A DNA stretch of 63,995 nt, the filler included, from Octopus bimaculoides (Eukaryota), in NCBI RefSeq assembly GCF_001194135.2. It is 8 parts of 6 records of this genome, joined end to end, with 100 filler letters (N's around TTAATTAATTAA, not from the genome) between each part and the next. Parts side by side here need not be neighbours in the genome. Positions count along the whole stretch, not along the records: positions 37,274 to 54,974 come from NC_068988.1; 7 more parts are not named here. One strand, written 5' to 3'. The first letter of the stretch is position 1, and every line of letters starts with the position of its first letter. The position numbers and the translations under genes were made by a program. Shown piece by piece: positions 37,274 through 50,010 of this stretch. The notes beneath the pieces were generated by a model, which was not told the DNA's origin, made no database searches, and worked only from the letters and a program-made list of their open reading frames with translations.

Positions 37274-37646
37274 AGTGCTCTATGTATTTTATGATAATTG
37301 GTGCCACCTTGTTTATGGCTAGTGTTTCCAGAATCCACGTGTGGGGAACACTGTCGAAAGCCTTTTGGTAGTCCACCCAGGCCATACTGAGGCCTTTCTT
37401 CTTTCTGCGGCTGTCTTTAGTTATGGCTTTATTGATCAATAATTGATCTTTACAGCCGTATGAGCCCTTGCAGCATCCCTTCTGCTCTTCTGGAAACAGG
37501 TTGTTATTTTCCAGGTGTTTACTCAATCTCTGCGATATTATTGCAGTAAAGGCTTTGTAGATCGTAGGGAGACAGGTTATAGGTCTATAGTTTTGTGGTT
37601 TCTCCGTTTCCGTGGATTTGGGGATTAAGATGGTTTTCCCTTTTGT
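37274..37646 (-). mobile_element. R4/Dong-like RT fragment
   Basis: Open frame GKTILIPK..NYRPITCLPTIYK..EEQKGC..GCKDQLLINKAI..AWVDYQKAFDSVPH; begins at an (AAT)n array on its sense strand. Confidence 0.9.
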
Positions 37647-37653
37647 TATTATT

Positions 37654-37688
<35 letters not shown>

Positions 37689-37689
37689 T

Positions 37690-38198
37690 TTCATATACAC
37701 TCAACAGATTAGACTGTTAGAAAAGAAAAGAACCCTAACATTGAGCTACAACAAGTAGCTTTAGAGGCCAAGAACCCTCCTATTGGGTTACAGCAAGTAA
37801 CCTTTGATGCCAAGAACCCTCCTAAGTATCCTAGCTGTCCCTAATAACACTGTTTTCTGGAGCTGTACTAAACTAGGTTTTATGCCTATTTCCTCTATCC
37901 ATCTGTTTAGATCTTTAGGGATAGTTCCCAATGCACCTATAACTGCTGGGATACATTTTACCTGCATGTTCCAGATCTCTGTAATTCAATATCTAGGTCC
38001 TGGTACTCTGCTATTTTTTCTGTACCTCTCATATTAATTTTTCTTCATGATTTGGGACTGTAAAGTCAATTATCTGGCACTTTCTATTCTCTTTATCTAC
38101 TACTACCAAATCTGGCCTTCTAGCTTCTATTACTCTGTCACTCTGAATGTTAAAGTCCCACAACATCTTGTATTTCTTACTTTCTAGTACTTTACTAG
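37690..38198 (-). mobile_element. R4/Dong-like LINE 3' end (REL endonuclease) with (AAT)n tail
   Basis: MLWDFNIQSDRVIEARRPDLVVVDKENRKCQIIDFTVP...VIGALGTIP...QKTVLLGTARILRRVL. Confidence 0.85.
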
Positions 38199-39069
38199 AA
38201 TCATCATCATCATCATCACCATTATCAACACCACCACCAGTACTTGAGGAAAGGATTATGATTATTCATCAAAAAAAATATCCAAACACTTAAGAAGGTA
38301 GTTTCAAAGATAGAGATAGAAACATCAATAACAGCAGCAGTGATGATTTTGCATGGTGTCAAACATTATAATCCATTCATATTATATTTGTGTTGAAGTG
38401 AATCTTAGCACAGAAGTGTGCAAATAGAATTTTAGACTTAGACTCTTCCAAGGTAAAAAATAAAGTTGGAAGAATTTTATAAGACTGAACAGCAATTCTT
38501 TACCACTGAAAGGGCAAACAAAATGATTATGTATTTCTGTTTGTGGATGGACAGAGGTGGATTAAATTTTCTTTCACAACATGAATTACAAGCTCTCTAG
38601 GACATATCAGGAGAAATTCTCTCAAATGAAATAACAAAAACTATGGGACTGAGTGCTGTACTTTTAAAAATGAAAACTCCATCAAAAACATTGCCTGATA
38701 TTGTCTGGTATACCTCTGATACTTGTCAAAGAAGTACACGAGTGAAGATGAGAGACATTGAACACGACATATATCCATGGCTCGTACTGACTTTTATAGC
38801 ACATATGGGGAGTGGTTAAAGCAGGGTTAATGAAAAGTGACAAATGGTTAGATGGTGTCAAAATAGGTTTTCATATCCTAATGATCTCCAATGTTTACAG
38901 AGTCATACTGAAACTGTACCTACTAGAAGATGCCAAAACAAAAGACATAAAATTAAAGGTATAGGGCTGTAAGCCTACTCTGAAGTCAGTGAATCTCACT
39001 TCAGAGCTGAATTCCTGGAAGTGGAAAAACTGAACAAAGAAAAAAATGATACGGTCCTGATAAAATAAG

Positions 39070-39360
39070 AACAAGTTTAGTATTGGGGTCAATGTAATCG
39101 ACTTAGCCCCTTCGCCGAAATTGTTGGCCTTATGCAAAAATTTGAAACCATTATTATATAAGGCAGCAAGCTGGCAGAATTGTTAGCATGCCACACAAAA
39201 TGCTTAGTAGCATTTTGTTCATCTTTATCCTTTGATATTCAAATTCTGCTGGGGTAAATCATATGGGGTCAATAAATTAAATTCCAGTTGAGTACTGGGG
39301 TCAAAATAATCAACTAGTTCTCTGCCCCCAAATTTCAGGCCTTGTGCCTATAATAGAAAG
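39070..39360 (+). mobile_element. Family C SINE tail (39070-39150) followed by a family C copy (39160-39360)
   Basis: Homology by eye to 19352-19568. Confidence 0.75.
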
Positions 39361-39391
39361 GATTATTATTATTATTATTATTATTATTATT

Positions 39392-39940
39392 GAGTGAGAG
39401 CATGCCATCAAAGTGACACTGGGGTAAAATATACGAAGCCTTGTATACCCATCATGACTACCTGTCTGATAAGAGTACACCAGGCACATGCATCACAACC
39501 ATATGTGCGTGACATGGTGATCTCATATCAAGATTAACAGCGCATGACCTTGCAGGTGGGGCCCTGTTAGGATTTTCTTTAGGTCGAGTAGCCCATCCCG
39601 CTCAAAAGGTCCCTGAATAAGGTTTGTTTAAGGATGTTGAGCAAAACACCCATGTTTCCAAAGGTGAATTATTCAAACCCCAAAGAATTCCTCTCAACAC
39701 AAGGCTATGATGCTCCCCCACTACTTCTGCTTGTGATCAGAGATGCATATATCGTCAGCCACCAAGAGACATGCTCAACTGGTTAAGGTCAAACAACTGA
39801 CAAGTAAATCTGTGGTATTAAGCAGAATATTTGCTGTAGCCCATCTTTTATACCAAGATAAAACAATGTACATGATAAAACTTCCAATCAATTAAGATCA
39901 GAAGCCATGAGAGCCACTGCTTGGTACTGCATCCGGGCAT
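39392..39940 (-). mobile_element. Non-coding ~550-bp interspersed element inserted in (TAA)n
   Basis: (ATT)n on both flanks; second partial copy at 15955-16200; no tRNA head or long ORF seen. Confidence 0.75.
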
Positions 39941-40280
39941 TTATTATTATTATTATTATTTGTTACAAATGAGCATATATTTATTATAAATTCTATCAAC
40001 TATCATCAATATATATTCAATAAATACATATTTCTGGTCGGTTGACATATCTTCCCTTGCACCTTCCTAATTTCCTAATAACCTCCACCCTATATTGCAA
40101 CCTTCATTTTCCATGACATTCTCCTAACTCCTCCACGTCTACTTGACCACTAACTCTCTATAAGAATGCTAACTCCAGGTAAGAACTGACATTGGGTGGA
40201 ATGAACTCTTTTGTTCTGCTCACATGGAATAAGTTGTCTTGTGGTGACAAGTCAACATTGCCTCAGTCCATGGTGTAAAG

Positions 40281-43200
40281 TAGGGTAGAGTGAAAAAGGT
40301 ACTTTTTACACAGATTTTCGAAATATGTTTTCAAGAATATATTTTTTATTATGAAATCTTTTAAAAACAACTGTGTTAAAATCTGAGGTTCTTAAATTTA
40401 CATCTTCAGGCTCCACAGCCCACTTGAAATTTTGAATAAGGACCAAAAAATCAATTTGTAGCATGTTTTCTGTTCCTCATTTTATTTTTTACATTCATTG
40501 TTATGAATCAATTTTCTTTCGCAAAATCCTTTACAATTTAAAAACAAGAGTGTTAAAATCTCAAGCTCTAAAGTTTGTCTCTTCAGGCTCCATAATGCAC
40601 TTGAAATTTCAAAATTATGTGAAATGAATAGACTTTTCAACTTCATTTTCTTTATTATTCTCAGTATACTAGGTCACTGAATGTTACATGAGGTCTAGAT
40701 TACACACACATTAAAATAAAATTACGTGTAAACCAATTTTTGATTCTTGACACATTTTGGTGATAAAAATAATTAACATCTCCAATTTATTTGAAATAAT
40801 TCTGTGTAACTAAATAATAAGAATCGTTGTAGTGTATTCCCTTTCATTCCAGTAATAAAGCCAATTAATATTTTTCGTAGACAAGAATTAGCATATCACT
40901 CTCAAATAAAGAATGGAACAGTCAAAGATTGTATTGTTTTGGAAATTTTTCAAACAACATAATGCTAATTGCTTGTTATGTTTAAAATAGTTAAAACTAA
41001 ACAATTCTAATTGATTATTGCTGTAATTACCTTTCAATATGAAGTCCTTTTTTGTCATGAACACCAGAATTTTTTCTCTTGATTTGATTCGACTCCTGAT
41101 GAAACTGTCTTGACTGATCTCACAACAAACATTAGCTGATGCTTCTGTTATGAGTTTTACACATCTCTCCACAGCTTGGGTGTGGCACGGTAATTTTTCC
41201 AGTTGCATCAAATGCCACTGTTGAATGAAGGTATTGATTTCTTCATCGAAAAATGCCTGTGTTAGAGGTGGTTCAGTAACAATAGCATCCTGCCAGTTAA
41301 TTATGTCTGTGTAGTTTGAAGCAGCAAAGTTTAGGGTAAGAATTTTGAAAGGTCGCACAGATTTCCCTTTATGCTGTGTTTGAGCCTGCTTTATGTGCTT
41401 CCATGCTAGTTCTCGAATGTGGCTCTGTTCATCATTTATTATGGCCAGTAAAATATTTTCTGGGTGCGCAAAGAAAGCATTCTGTTGTATGACTGGAAAT
41501 ACAATGTCTTGTACCACTTGATCCATTTCTCTTGAAGACTCAATTGTCTTGAACACAACTCTTTAGAGCCCCATTTTCCAAGGAAGAGTTGTGTTTAATT
41601 GTGAACCACATTGGTACATAAACTTTCATTATGTAAGCAACAATTAATTTCATTGTGTTCGAAGGATTCTCAGTGACAACATCCAGCAGTAGCATACGAT
41701 TTGCAGCTGTAAGACACTGAGAATGCACCATTTTACTGGGATTCCTTAATGCCATTTCAGATGAATATTTCCATTCAGAAATAGACTGGTGGATATCAAG
41801 AAGTTATTTTTGATTAGTGCTGAGATTGTTTCTGTCTACTGATGTTAAGTCCGTTGGAATCTGATTAAATTTCACAACACTTAGTGTTTCACATTGCTCC
41901 AGTCTCTTACCAATCAGCCCCAAAATCCATGAGGGCCAGTAGTTTTTCCATTGGGAAGCTCATTTGCATGGAGCTGACACACAAACCAAATGCAATGGCT
42001 TCTTCAATTTATCCTCCAAAAGCCTAATGGTACCTCCTTTTAGTCTTGTATTGACTGCAGTACCATTGCAACCTACAGCTATCATGTTATTGGTTACTAT
42101 CTCATTGATTTCCAAATAATTCAACAAACCATCAGAAATGGTTTTTGAGGAACTTGTTTTAACAGCAAAGTGCCCAAGATAGCAGGACTCAGGTTCTTCT
42201 ATCAACGAAATGTGTTCTTCTTGAATTGTTTTCTTACAAACTGTTTTTCCAATTTGTTCACTTATGAGGGTTGTGTCCCTCCTTCCATCAACATACCCGA
42301 CAGACAATGGTTTATGTGGCCTACCTTGTTTCTGCAGGGATTTACATTTTCTGGATCATTCTTGCTTTACCTTTGATCTGTCTATAATGAAAGAACATTC
42401 ACCAGATATACTTGCCATTAAGTTGCTGATGACTGAACTTGTAAGAAGAGCAGCAGCACAGTCTGACACACTGGTGCAGTCATGGGTAGAAGCTAGTTCT
42501 GGGAATTTCATTTGTTTTATTGGTGTTTTTGAACTTACGGTTTTGCTGACATCTTTTCATTTCATGGAAAATGGAATCGAAAATGTTCATCTTTGCCTGC
42601 TGATCCATTTCCAGATTCACTGCTTGATGAAAACACTATCAATTCAGAATCCTTTGCTGACGTACAAGGGCAACTGTGATCAGGCCAATCACAGATGCCT
42701 TTCTAATCAACCTCTGAACGTTCTGTTTAGATACTGCTTGATCTATTCTGCCAATGATCATTTTCTGATTTATCTGTTGATTCTGTAAAATATCTTGTTT
42801 TCTCTGTGATACTTTTTTGTCTCTATTACAACTGCAGTTTTTAAAGGAATTGCACTTGCAACAGGAAATGTCAAATAAATCTTTTGTTGCATTGTTTTTA
42901 AACACATTACACTTTGTTTGAAATGATGGCACATTTTTTTCTATTTTCACAGATTTTAGTAATGCTTGATACTTTAGATAAAAGTTTAAGATATTTGGTT
43001 GAACTGACTCAATCGTAATACAAAGACTGGATGCCTTTTGCCAAAGAAGAATTATCTTTTCTGCTACAATCATGACAATTTGTTTAATTGAAGGATCTTT
43101 CTTTACACTCTTTTCTTTTTGTCGTTCAAATAAAACACATTTTAATATGTCCTTGTAAGTTGGTAAAAGTCACTCGCTAAGATCACATGGAGTAATAAAT

Positions 43201-44447
43201 ATTGGGCATTCAATATCATGACATTGGTTTACGAGTCATCACTAAATGTATACAACACTAAATTTAACACGATCATTAATTTTAATACAATGGCCTAAAG
43301 TCAAGGTACAAAGCAGAAAACTTCACACACGTATGATGCACATCCACATGCAATGACAGTTGCAGTAGCACTGGAGAGAAGTTCACACTCCCGTTCTCTT
43401 TATAGTCAATGCAGAACCTCAAGATATTAGTCAATTGTATTGAAACTTGGTATGCAACCTCTTAATCATCATCATCATTTAACGTCTGCTTTCCATGCTA
43501 GCATGGGTTGGACGATTTGACTAAGGACTGGCGAACCAGATGGCTACGCCAGGCTCCAATCTGATTTGGCAGAGTTTCTACAGCTGTATGCCCTTCCTAA
43601 CGCCAACCACTCCAAGAGTGTAGTGGGTGCTTTTACATGCCACTGGCACGAAGGCCAGTCAGGCAGTACTGGCAGCGGCTACGCTCAAAATGGTGTATTT
43701 TATGTGCCACCTGCACAAGAGCCAGTCCAGCGGCACTGGCAACGACCTCACTCGAATGTCTTTTCATGTGCCACTGGCACAAGTGCCTGGAAGGCGACAC
43801 TGGTAACGATTACGCTCAAATGGTGCTATTTATGTGCCACTGGCACGGAAGCCAGACAGCTGCTCTAGCAACGATCATGCTTGGACGGTGCTCTTAACGC
43901 TCCACTGGTACAGGTGCCATCACGATTTCGCTTTCACTTGCACCAACACGTCTCCGCAAGCCGAGTTTAGTGTCCAATGTAGGAGACATTGGCATGGGTG
44001 ACAGTTGTCGAATTTAGTTCGATTTCACTTGCCTCAACAGGTCTTCGCAAGCGGAGTTTAGTGTCCAATGAAGGAAAGGTACTGACAGCATATCTGAACA
44101 TGGCTCGCACTAACCATTCTTCTATCCCTAGTTTCCTCATTGACCACCAGATAAGGGATCGAGGGACCCTGTCAAAGGCTTTCTCCATGTCAACGAAAGC
44201 TGGATACTATATTTACTGTTTTGTATTCTGCTATGAAGAAATATCTACTCATTACGACTTATAATCCACGAAATCCAAAATTCGACCAAAAATAGCAATT
44301 TTTTAAAATTTCATTTGTGTTATGGAACCTGGAAAACAATATTTAACTGCAAAGTTCTTTTATACACCTTTCTTTTCATCCCAATTTGTAACAAAATATC
44401 GATTCTTGGTTACCAGTTTTGAAAGTTGCATTTTTCACTCCACCCTA
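40281..44447 (-). mobile_element. Near full-length hAT-superfamily (hATm-like) DNA transposon with decayed transposase
   Basis: 17-bp TIRs TAGGGTAGAGTGAAAAA / TAGGGTGGAGTGAAAAA; flanks GTGTAAAG / CTATAAAA (5 of 8 match). Motifs VGCNGTAVNT..GGTIRLLE, NAFFAHPENILLA, TEPPLT, LPCHTQAVERCVKLITEAS. Confidence 0.85.
43465..44200 (-). mobile_element. RTE LINE derivative nested in the hAT element (RT fragment fused to 3'UTR)
   Basis: AFVDMEKAFDRVPRSLIWWSMRKLGIEEWLVRA followed almost directly by a 3'UTR with ~60-bp repeats and a (GAT)n tail. Confidence 0.85.
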
Positions 44448-44904
44448 CTATAAAATGGTTGGTGATAAGGATGACAAAAAGATATACAATAGCATGTCTC
44501 CATCCTTCTTCTTATTAAAGATGTACACAGTTGCAAAGATGGTTGGATTTTCATTGTTGCTCTGTGAGCTACATTATTGGGTGGTGGTGGTGGTCTTGGG
44601 TGTTATGTCACATAGCTAAGCCATGCTAACATGGATAAAAGATCTTAAAAAGAAGGGTAGGAATGATGATGATGATGATGAGGGGGAGGAGGAGAACGCC
44701 GATGTTGGTGATGAGTATGGTAGTGGTGATGATGATGACAGTGACTGAAAAGATATAGGGATTGAGAAGTTGAGTGATAGACAAAACACATTGGTACCCC
44801 CACATTTCCCTGCAAACAGACACAGAAACAAAGAGATAGGCAACAAGAAGATGAGAAAATGAGAGAGGGAGAAAAAGGCAGTCAGACCGACAAAGAAGTA
44901 GGCA

Positions 44905-45020
<116 letters not shown>

Positions 45021-46827
45021 GAGAAAGGTTGACTGAATGTTTACTAATTCCAAGATGCTCTTTCATCTAAGGCCACTGTCCACTTCACTGTTCTAGCAAC
45101 TGCAGGGTAGAGTGTGTGTGAAGAAATGGGGGTGGTCCATGTGTAAGAAAATGTTGGTAGATAGAAATACGTTTAAAATGTAGGCTTGGTTGAAGTGTGA
45201 TGGATGGAAAGAGAAAAAGAATCAAGCAGATGGCGAAAGAGAGAGAGAAAGAAAGAGAGGAATTATAAAAAAGATTGATTGAGATCAGAAGGAAGGAAAG
45301 GAATAAAGAGAAGGAATTAAAGGAAGTAGAAATGGAAGAAAAAGTTTGGGAAATGCTTTAGAGAAAGAAGAAAATTCCAGCTGGATTTAGTTGAAGGCAA
45401 CATAAAGGTGGGAAAGGAGGAAATGGAGGGAAGATAGAGTAAAAAGAGAAAGAGTTAGATAGAGAGGGAGGGAGAGAAAGGGAGAGAGGAAAAGAATGAG
45501 AGGAAAGGAAGAAAAAACGAAAGAATTAATGCCTGAACATTTTTTTTCATTTACATCTTTATGTTTTTTCTTTTTTTGCTTTCTTTTATTTTGCATGTTG
45601 GTGGTGGTTGTGGTTATTGCTGTTGTTGTTTACTGTGCTGCTAAATTTATCTGTTTCCATTAGTCCAACAAACTCGCATTTGCAGCTAGCTGCCAGAATC
45701 AGTTCAGTGCAGATCAGTAAAGTGCGCTAGTCCTTAATACATACATACACATACATGCACACATATGCAAGTACACATGCATATACATACACATGCACAT
45801 ACACACACGTGTACATATATATACAAAGAAACATACACACCTATGTACACACAAATATATATTCATACATACATACATATATACATACATATATACATAC
45901 ATACATATATACATACATACATACAAACATATACATATGTACACACATACAGACACACAGGCATACATACATATACACACATACATACACATATATACAT
46001 CCATACAAATACACACATGCATATACGAAGGTTCCTACATGCCTACATATAAATGTGTGTATGTATACTTTGAAGTTATGCATATATACACACACATGTA
46101 TTGCTTCTAAATTCTTTCCTCTGTTGATAAATCTAAATTATAACAAAAAGAAATGAAACTAAATAAAATATTTTGTCATGTTTATCTTTTCTTATTTGTT
46201 TGTTGCTCAATTTTTATAATTTTTTTTTTATTGATGTTTTCATTTACCACGATTGTCCTGTTTATTTAGTCTACCTCTGCAGTTGTGTAAACTACACTAT
46301 ATGGTCTTTTATAATAAGGGCTACTGAAACAGTGTTCAACGTTAAGAGATATAAATATCAGTACTATTTGCAAAATGAATGCTACAGTCTGACTGACCAT
46401 AATCACCCAAGAGAAGGCCTCACAACTTACATCAAATCAAATATTTAGTACATAGAGATCTCACATGTAAACTAATTGGAAATGACATGACGAAAGTGGT
46501 GTAATATAGTGTGGTTTAGTGGAGTGTAGTGTGTGACGGGAAATGTAGCATGTTTTTAATGTGCTGCAATGTGGTGTTCTGTGTTTAGTATACTATGGTG
46601 TAGTGTGTACTGCAGTGTGGCATGTTGCAGTGCTGGGAATTTGGTATGGTGTTTTTGGTGTAGTGTGGGTACTATATTGTGCAGTAGCATAGTTGTTTAG
46701 ACTGATATCATTACATTATCTCTGCTGAATTGACATATGATCAAAGGTATACCTATCTATGACCATCTCTCCTTTTGTGTATCAGGGTCAATGAAGTCCA
46801 ATTTGTCATATCTTTCTTTATTTAAGA

Positions 46828-46880
46828 CTAGCAGAAATACGCGGCATTGCTCAGGATTAAAATGGCATAGTTTTTTTATT
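46828..46880 (-). mobile_element. Helitron-like 3' terminus
   Basis: Minus strand CCTGAGCAATGCCGCGTATTTCTGCTAG|T; last 10 nt TTCTGCTAGT are identical to 8596-8605. Confidence 0.45.
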
Positions 46881-46884
46881 GTTT

Positions 46885-47175
46885 TACTTGTTTCAGTCTT
46901 GTGACCGTGGCCATGCTGGAGCACCACCTTTAGTCGAACAAATTGATCCCAGGATTTATTCTTTGTAAGCCTAGTACTTATTCTATTGGTGTCTTTTGCC
47001 GAACTGCTCAGTTAAGGATATGTAAACACTGCAACATCGGTTGTCAAGCGATGGTGGGGAGACAAACGCAGACACATCAACAGACACGACTATACACATA
47101 TATACAACAGTCTTCTTTCAGTTTCTGTGCATGAAATCCACTTACAAGGCTTTGGTCGACCTGAGGCTATAGTAT
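46885..47175 (-). mobile_element. SINE family B lacking the head
   Basis: Reverse-complement match to 2170-2470. Confidence 0.85.
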
Positions 47176-47299
47176 ATATATATATATATACATACCTACA
47201 CCGGAGTAAGCACATAAATGTGGAAAAAAGAGTACTCAAATACCAGAGGTAGAGTAATATGCTTTATTTAAAAGCAACAGAAATATAACAAATAGTATA

Positions 47300-48914
47300 T
47301 AGTGGGGGGAAATAAATATTTGTACATGTCAAAATTCTTTATTTATTTAATTTCTAATGAACATAAATGGGATATACCAATACTATATTTGCATGCACAT
47401 GCATAAACTAAGAATATGCAAAAGAAACTAATAAATTATAGTAACTAATGAATTTATATACAATTATAAATATTTAGGAGTGAAAAAATTATTCATACAG
47501 AACATAAATAACTGATAATTCTGATTTAATACTTCGTTGCATAATCATTATTCAGTTCCAGTTCAACCAATCTCTTCTTGTAGCTCTTAATCAATGACTT
47601 GCATGTTTCTTTAAGAATCTTTTTTCCCATTCTTTTTGACAAATTTTCTTCAAATCTGGAATGCACGTTGGGGCTCTTGAATGAATTTTAATTTTCAAAT
47701 AACGCCACAAATTTTCAATGGGGTTCAAGTCAGGTGACTGGCTTGGCCATTCTAATGATTTTATATTGTGATTGACAATCCATCTTTGGTAGACTTCGCT
47801 GTGTGCTTAGGGTCGTTATCCTGTTGTAAAACTCACCCTTCACAAAGCTGGAGCTTTTCTACAGAGTCCCATAAATTATTGTTCAAAATACTTTGGTACA
47901 TCTCTGCATTCATTCTACCATCTATCACATGTAAATTCCCAGTGCCATTTGCAGAGAAACACCCCTACACAATGATGTTGCCACCTCCAAACATTACAGT
48001 AAGAATTGTGTTTTTCGGTGAATAGGTGGTACCATTTTTCCTCCAAACATGGCTACATGAATTTCGTCCAAACAATTCAATTTTCGACTTGTCTGTCCAA
48101 AGAATATTTTCCCAGAATGTATCAGATTTATCTTTATGTTCATAAACAAATTTTAAACGGGCATCTCTATGCCTTTTAGTCAACAGTGGAGTTTTTCTAG
48201 GAGAGCATGACTTCAGTTCATTCCTATGAAGTTCATTGCTGATTGTACATAGTGTAACACTAGTCCCTGAAGCTAACAAATCTTCTTGCAACACCTTTCT
48301 GGTGATCATTGCGTTTTTTTCAATTCTCCGCTTCATTTTTCTTAAAGATCTAGGGGAAATCTTGCGTGGTGCACTGGATCTTATTCTGTTTTCAACAGTT
48401 CCCGATTTTTCATATCTTTGAATAAATGAAGATATGGTAGAAAATGGAATACAAAGGTTCTCTGATATTTTCCTGTAACTTTTACCTGCTTTCCACAGTT
48501 CAATAATTAAGTTTTTCACTGAATTTGTGAGTTCTTTACTTTTCCCCATTATTACGACACTACTTTATGTTGTCTCAGTGCTGAATGAAAAAGATAGCGT
48601 TTTGACACTTAAAAATGACCACTGATGAGATTATTGGAACAAACGAGAAAGTTCTAGTAAAAAAAAAAATTATTTTATCAGCATTTTGTGACATAGAAAC
48701 TCGTAAATTCATTCTGTACGAATACTTTTTTCACCCCTAAATATTTATAATTGTATATAAATTTATTAGTTACTATAATTTATTAGTTTCTTTTGCATAT
48801 TCTTAGTTTATGCATGTGTATGCAAATATAGTATTGGTATATCCCATTTATGTTCATTAGAAATTAAATAAAGAATTTTGACATGCACGAATATTTATTC
48901 CACCCCCCACACTA
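47300..48914 (-). mobile_element. Full-length Tc1-family transposon with ~200-bp TIRs and TA target duplication
   Basis: TIRs 47300-47500 and 48712-48914 are near-identical inverted copies with TA on both flanks. Confidence 0.95.
47526..48549 (-). pseudogene. Tc1 DDE transposase, disrupted
   Basis: MGKSKEL..GKSYRKIS HTH; WTDKSK; QQDNDPKH; WPSQSPDLNPIENLW. Two TGG-to-stop changes (~47965, ~47833) and one frameshift (~47780). Confidence 0.9.
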
Positions 48915-50010
48915 TATAACAGAAAGTATTTTCTCTCTCTATTCGTTACTTGTATAGAGTCCTTTAACTTTACGCCCCTCTCCCCTCCTATCACTCAACT
49001 CTTCTCTTGTTAACTGTTACATCTAAGATCCTTCCTTTTCTTTTCCCCCTCTGCGTTTTAAAATTTATCTTCTCGTCTATACTGTTGTGTCTGGGGAGAG
49101 TCATTTTCTTATTGTGCCTTAAAATTTCCACTTATTTCTTATTTTTATTTTCCTGTTTTTGCTTTTGTTTGTTTTTGCGCATGCGTGTGTCTCAGTGTGT
49201 GTGTATGTATGCCTGTGTGTGCGTGCACATGTATATATGTATGTATGTGTGTGTATGTATATATGTATGTATGTGTGTGTTTGCATGTATGTATGTATGT
49301 ATTCTGCATTTGTCTGGTTTTTTTTTGTTTCTTTTTTTATTATTATTATGTATGTGTGTGCATGTGTGTATACGTATGTATGTNNNNNNNNNNNNNNNNN
49401 NNNNNNNNNNNNNNNNNNNNNNNNNNNNNNNNNNNNNNNNNNNNNNNNNNNNNNNNNNNNNNNNNNNNNNNNNNNNNNNNNNNNNNNNNNNNNNNNNNNN
49501 NNNNNNNNNNNNNNNNNNNNNNNNNNNNNNNNNNNNNNNNNNNNNNNNNNNNNNNNNNNNNNNNNNNNNNNNNNNNNNNNNNNNNNNNNNNNNNNNNNNN
49601 NNNNNNNNNNNNNNNNNNNNNNNNNNNNNNNNNNNNNNNNNNNNNNNNNNNNNNNNNNNNNNNNNNNNNNNNNNNNNNNNNNNNNNNNNNNNNNNNNNNN
49701 NNNNNNNNNNNNNNNNNNNNNNNNNNNNNNNNNNNNNNNNNNNNNNNNNNNNNNNNNNNNNNNNNNNNNNNNNNNNNNNNNNNNNNNNNNNNNNNNNNNN
49801 NNNNNNNNNNNNNNNNNNNNNNNNNNNNNNNNNNNNNNNNNNNNNNNNNNNNNNNNNNNNNNNNNNNNNNNNNNNNNNNNNNNNNNNNNNNNNNNNNNNN
49901 NNNNNNNNNNNNNNNNNNNNNNNNNNNNNNNNNNNNNNNNNNNNNNNNNNNNNNNNNNNNNNNNNNNNNNNNNNNNNNNNNNNNNNNNNNNNNNNNNNNN
50001 NNNNNNNNNN

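Noticed and set aside
43620-43925. CRISPR-like appearance of spaced repeats
   Set aside because: Units are degenerate tandem repeats in an RTE 3'UTR with no unique spacers and no cas genes, in a eukaryotic context.
45714-46156. His/Thr/Tyr/Ile- or Val/Cys-rich ORFs (also 1764, 19895, 55646-56637, 57978, 59099)
   Set aside because: Translations of TA/CA/TATG/ATT/GAT microsatellites.
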